Shown here in pieces: positions 26,643 through 35,273 of a DNA stretch of 35,273 nt (position 1 is the first letter of the stretch; each line of letters starts with the position of its first letter). Made by a program: the position numbers and the translations under genes. Origin of the DNA: Macrostomum lignano (Eukaryota); contig NIVC01003918.1 of the NCBI GenBank assembly GCA_002269645.1, forward strand, positions 1 through 35,273, given 5' to 3'. The notes under the pieces were generated by a model. The model made no database searches, was not told the origin of the DNA, and was given only the letters and a program-made list of their open reading frames with translations.

Positions 26643-27387
26643 TCATCCCGGTTATTCCGAGTTAGCAGCCAAATCATGCAAGTCGGAAGACGGAAGATTT
26701 TTTTAATTTAACGAGCGTCGCTGAAATTTATGAGTTATACTCGCATTTTTCTACTGCGGTTAGTAGCGCGCAAAGATTTTTTTCAGTAGTAATTCAAATA
26801 GGCAATTCCAGATTTAGAAAGTTACAAGTAATATTTAAAATAATTAATTATTTAAATTATAAATTGCCTTAGAAGTAGTAGGCGTAAACAATTGAAGTAT
26901 TGCTTTGTTTAAGTGCTATTAATTCAAAACAGTCAGTTGACCTTGAATATTCACAGTTAAACTGGGAATTCAACTAAAAATAGGCTTCAGTTTTAAAGCG
27001 GATTTCCTAGCTTATGTCACACTACTTATAGTAGTTTAAAATAACATTCTTTATATCTCCATATTTGCCAAAAATTGATAAAATGTCTTTTAAATTTTTG
27101 ATCAGAGTTTGTCTTGCCGGCATTTATTTATTATTATATAACCTATTGTGCCAGCTAAAACTCGAATTAATTGTTGCGGTGTTCATGCTGCTGCTGTGTG
27201 AACTTTTAATATTTAATTGCTAATGTATTCAGATTAATATTTTTAGTATAATCATTTTTTGCTGTTACTTGCGTTGTAGCTCTGCTTTTTTATTACCGTA
27301 AACTGGAAATTAAAGCGCGTAACGACCTGGTCTTTGAGAATTTCATTTTTTCTTGACTACTGCCCAATCTGGTCATTAAAATGCCAC

Positions 27388-28620
27388 AATCTACCTGAGA
27401 ATCGCCCCAATCTACCTGAGAATCGCCCCAATCTACCTGAGAATCGCCCCAATCTACAGATGAGAATCGCCCCAATCTACCTGAGAATCGCCCCAATCTA
27501 CCTGAGAATCGCCCCAATCTACCTGAGAATCGCCCCAATCTACCTAAAAATCGCCCCAATCTACCTGAGAATCGCCCCAATCTACCTGAGAATCGCCCCA
27601 ATCTACCTGAGAATCGCCCCAATCTACCTAAAAATCGCCCCAATCTACCTGAGAATCGCCCCAATCTACCTGAGAATCGCCCCAATCTACCTAAAAATCG
27701 CCCCAATCTACCTGAGAATCGCCCCAATCTACAGATGAGAATCGCCCCAATCTACCTGAGAATCGCCCCAATCTACCTGAGAATCGCCATAATCTACCTG
27801 AGAATCGCCCCAATCTACCTGAGAATCGCCCCAATCTACCTGAGAATTGCCCCAATCTACCTGAGAATCGCCACAATCTACCTGAGAATCGCCCCAACCT
27901 ACAGATGAGAATCGCCCCAATCTACCTGAGAATCGCCCCAATCTACCTGAGAATCGCCCCAATCTACCTGAGAATCGCCCCAATCTACAGATGAGAATCG
28001 CCCCAATCTACCTGAGAATCGCCCCAATCTACCTGAGAATCGCCCCAATCTACCTGAGAATCGCCCCAATCTACCTGAGAATCGCCCCAATCTACCTGAG
28101 AATCGCCCCAATCTACCTGAGAATCGCCCCAATCTACCTGAGAATCGCCCCAATCTACCTAAAAATCGCCCCAATCTACCTGAGAATCGCCCCAATCTAC
28201 CTGAGAATCGCCCCAATCTACCTAAAAATCGCCCCAATCTACCTGAGAATCGCCCCAATCTACAGATGAGAATCGCCCCAATCTACCTGAGAATCGCCCC
28301 AATCTACCTGAGAATCGCCATAATCTACCTGAGAATCGCCCCAATCTACCTGAGAATCGCCCCAATCTACCTGAGAATTGCCCCAATCTACCTGAGAATC
28401 GCCACAATCTACCTGAGAATCGCCCCAACCTACAGATGAGAATCGCCCCAATCTACCTGAGAATCGCCCCAATCTACCTGAGAATCGCCCCAATCTACCT
28501 GAGAATCGCCCTAATCTACCTGAGAATCGCCCTAATCTACCTGAGAATCGCCCTAATCTACCTGAGAACCGCCCTAATCTACCTGAGAATCGCCCTAATC
28601 TACCTGAGAATCGCCCCAAT
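27388..28620. repeat. 21-bp minisatellite (about 58 units) with a 531-bp higher-order duplication
   Basis: Unit AATCGCCCCAATCTACCTGAG. The 23-bp ACAGATGAG variants recur at a 531-bp offset (27456/27987, 27731/28262, 27901/28432). Confidence 0.96.
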
Positions 28621-28649
28621 CAGCTCATGTAACCGGACTCACTTCTCCC

Positions 28650-30798
28650 ATGCAGTGCTCCAGTTTGGCCACCGCGGTGCGCCGGTTCGCCGCCATTCGC
28701 CGGTTCGCCCAGCCCACTCTCTCTGCCGCCGCGTCCAGCAGCCACCGATGTTGCTTCAGCAGCTCCGCCTCTCCCCCCGACAGCGGCCAGGAAGGCGGCT
28801 CCAGCGCTGCTGAGCCCGCAGCTGCCGATGCTGGCAGTCTGGCATCGCAGGTCGGCCTGCCTGACAGTCTGCCCTCCCTAGCCGAGTCCGCCATCGAGGG
28901 CGTCGGCGGCGTCCCCGGACCGCAGCTCTGGCTGGAGACGCTGCGAGTTCAAAGCGACGTTAAACTCGGCCTGGTCTCGCTGGACCCGCGAATCTTCCAC
29001 CAGGTGCCTCGGCCCCACGTGCTGCACGAGAACCTTCGCTGGCAGGGCCTTTACCGGCTAATTGACTACCGGAGCATCACCTACAAGACCGAGGTGGCCC
29101 GCGGGCACAAGAAGCCCTGGCCGCAGAAGGGCTTCGGCTTGGCTCGGCATGGCAACCGATTGGCGCCGCAATTCTTTGGCGGCGCACAGGTGAAGGGGCC
29201 TCGCGGACCCGAGTCGTTTTTTACTATTCTGCCGCAGCATATCCGTGTGCTGGGCCTCGTGCAAGCCCTGTCGGCCAGGTGCTTGCAGGTGAGAGAGTTG
29301 CTTGTTTATCAGTGCGAATTCATCGAATTCTCAAATTCCCCACCGAGATTATCCTACAGTAGAATTCGCCACCGAGCTTATCCCACAGTAGAATTCCCTC
29401 ACCGAGCTTATCCAACAGTAGAATGCCCCACCGAGCTTATCCCACAGTAGAATTCCCTCACCGAGCTTATCCAACAGTAGAATGCCCCACCGAGCTTATC
29501 CCACAGTAGAATTCCCTCACCGAGCTTATCCCACAGTAGAATTCCCCACCGAGCTTATCCCACAGTAGAATTCCCTCACCGAGCTTATCCAACAGTAGAA
29601 TGCCCCACCGAGCTTATCCCACAGTAGAATTCCCTCACCGAGCTTATCCAACAGTAGAATGCCCACCGAGCTTATCCCACAGTAGAATTCCCTCACCGAG
29701 CTTATCCCACAGTAGAATTCCCTCACCGAGCTTATTTAACAGTAGAATGCCCACCGAGCTTATCCCACAGTAGAATTCCCCACCGAGCTTATCCTACAGT
29801 AGAATTCCCCACCGAGCTTATCTTACAGTAAAATTCCCTACCAAGCTTATCCCACAGTAGAATTCTCCATCGAGCTTATCCACAGTAGAATTCCCCACCG
29901 AGCTTATCCCACAGTAGAATTTCCCACCGAGATTATCCCTCAGTAGAATTCCCCCACCGAGCTTATCCCTCAGTAGAATTCTCCACCGAGTTTATCCCAC
30001 AGTAGAATTCCCCACCGAGCTTATCCTACAGTAGAATTCCCCACCGAGCTTATCCCACAGTAGAATTCCCCACCGAGCTTATCCTACAGTAGAATTCCCC
30101 ACCGAGTTTATCCCACAGTAGAATTCCCCACTGAGATTATCCCACAGTAGAATTCCCCCACCGAGCTTATCCCTCAGTAGAATTCCCCACTGAGATTATC
30201 CCACAGTAGAATTCCCCCACCGAGCTTATCCCTCAGTAGAACTCCCCACCGAGCTTATCCCTCAGTAGAACTCCCCACCGAGCTTATCCCTCAGTAGAAT
30301 TCCCCATCGAGCTTATCCCACAGTAGAATTCCCCACCGAGCTTATCCCACAGTAGAATTCCCCACCGAGCTCATACCGCAGGAGTCTCAGCTATCACCCC
30401 ATCAATTTCAGGACGACCTGCACATTGTTGACAGCCTAGAGCTGCCCGCGGACAACGGTGCCTGGCTGCAGACCCTGGTGGAGTCCCGCGGCTGGGGTCC
30501 CACCGTGCTGTTTGTGGCTGACACGGACAAGGCTCCCGTCAACATGGCCCTGGCCTGCGATTCTGTGCGCTACTACAGCCTGATGCCTTACTACGGCATC
30601 AACGTCTGGTCCATACTGAAGCACGACACCCTGGTGATGACGGTCGATGCCGCTAAGAAAGTCCAGGCCCGTCTGCTGCACCATCTGAGCCGGCGGGACC
30701 CGGCCGGATTGCGCAATCCGGACTGGGACGAGCCGCAGGCCACTCACTTCACCGGCCACTACCAGCCTGACCGGGTAGCGCCGCCTGTCTACTACTGA
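28650..30798 (+). CDS. MRPL4: Mitochondrial large-subunit ribosomal protein uL4m, about 341 aa, 2 exons
   Basis: Exons 28650-29288 and 30412-30798. Arg/Ala/Ser-rich transit-peptide-like N-terminus; KKPWPQKGFGLARHG; GGAQVKGPRGP; QDDLHIVDSLEL; GINVWSILKHDTLVMTVDA. The start codon is uncertain because ATGCAG| at 28650-28655 also looks like an acceptor. Confidence 0.93.
29338..30371. repeat. 29-bp minisatellite (28-30-bp variants), about 35 copies, filling the MRPL4 intron
   Basis: Unit CCACCGAGCTTATCCCACAGTAGAATTCC covers about 92% of intron 29289-30411. Confidence 0.96.
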
Positions 30799-31048
30799 TT
30801 CAACAGCCGGCAGTAGCATGATGCGCGCATTTTGTAGAATACCTACTTACCATGCTACTAACTAAGCAATTGTCAGTAGTATGATTGGTAGCAGATTTTA
30901 TTAAAATTGGTGGGTAATCTATTGCCCCAAAGTCTGTTACAGGTAAAATATATGCATTGGTATAAATATAAAGCAAGAACAGTTGATTTAAGGTCTTTTG
31001 CATGTCCGTTTTTCCTGTTGGTTGACTTTTGTCATTATTATCATTAAT

Positions 31049-31068
31049 AATAAATTAGCATTAATAAA
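31049..31068 (+). terminator. Candidate polyadenylation signals for MRPL4
   Basis: Two AATAAA hexamers (31049-31054, 31063-31068) about 250 nt after the stop. Confidence 0.5.
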
Positions 31069-31076
31069 GATAGATG

Positions 31077-31145
<69 letters not shown>

Positions 31146-31170
31146 ATAGATATATAAATAGATAAATAGA
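31069..31170. repeat. (GATA)n microsatellite
   Basis: Near-perfect GATA run decaying to AATA/TATA at the 3' end. Confidence 0.97.
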
Positions 31171-31470
31171 TTGCCAGACTCAAAGCATAGATTGCCAGAC
31201 TCAAAGCATAAATTGCCATTCTCAAAGCATCAATTGCCAGACTCAAAGCATCAATTGCCATTCTCAAAGCATCAATTCCCAGACTCAAAGCATCAATTCC
31301 CAGACTCAAAGCATCAATTGCCATACTCAAAGCATCAATTGTCAGACTCAAAGCATCAATTGCCATTCTCAAAGCATCAATTCCCATACTCAAAGTATCA
31401 ATTCCCAGACTCAAAGCATCAATTCCCAGACTCAAAGCATCAATTCCCAGACTCAAAGTATCAATTGTCA
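31167..31470. repeat. 21-bp minisatellite, about 14 copies, just upstream of AGPS
   Basis: Unit AATTGCCAGACTCAAAGCATC with variants; source of the PDSKHQL and AIDALSL pseudo-ORFs. Confidence 0.95.
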
Positions 31471-31514
31471 TAATCAAATCATCAATTTTCACTAAATTGC
31501 ATGCCACCCTCAGC

Positions 31515-35273
<3,759 letters not shown>

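Noticed and set aside
27293-28619. Long ORFs such as LRIAPIY and GRLGRFS repeats
   Set aside because: They are translations of a stop-free 21-bp array in several frames on both strands, with no splice or start context.

Overview
Intron-containing animal genomic DNA, with no prokaryotic features. GC-rich exons, AT-rich spacers and minisatellite-filled introns resemble the flatworm Macrostomum, but that taxon call is inference only. Genes assembled by hand from GT-AG junctions: the 3' end of an MFS transporter (+), a 5-exon calmodulin-like gene (+), a 3-exon secreted Cys-rich protein of no family I recognise (+), a 10-exon tandem cyclic-nucleotide-binding-domain gene (-), a compact inositol-trisphosphate 3-kinase (+), MRPL4 (+) and AGPS (+, many single-base indels, runs off the window). 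Between them lie a decayed mariner transposon with two nested insertions, several MITE-like elements and more than a dozen unrelated tandem arrays. Most ORFs in the supplied track are repeat or antisense artefacts. Best leads: the orphan secreted protein, a candidate MRPL4-AGPS trans-spliced operon, AGPS without an N-terminal PTS2, the stand-alone CNB protein, and possible unannotated exons at 3.3-3.6 kb and 9.2-9.7 kb.
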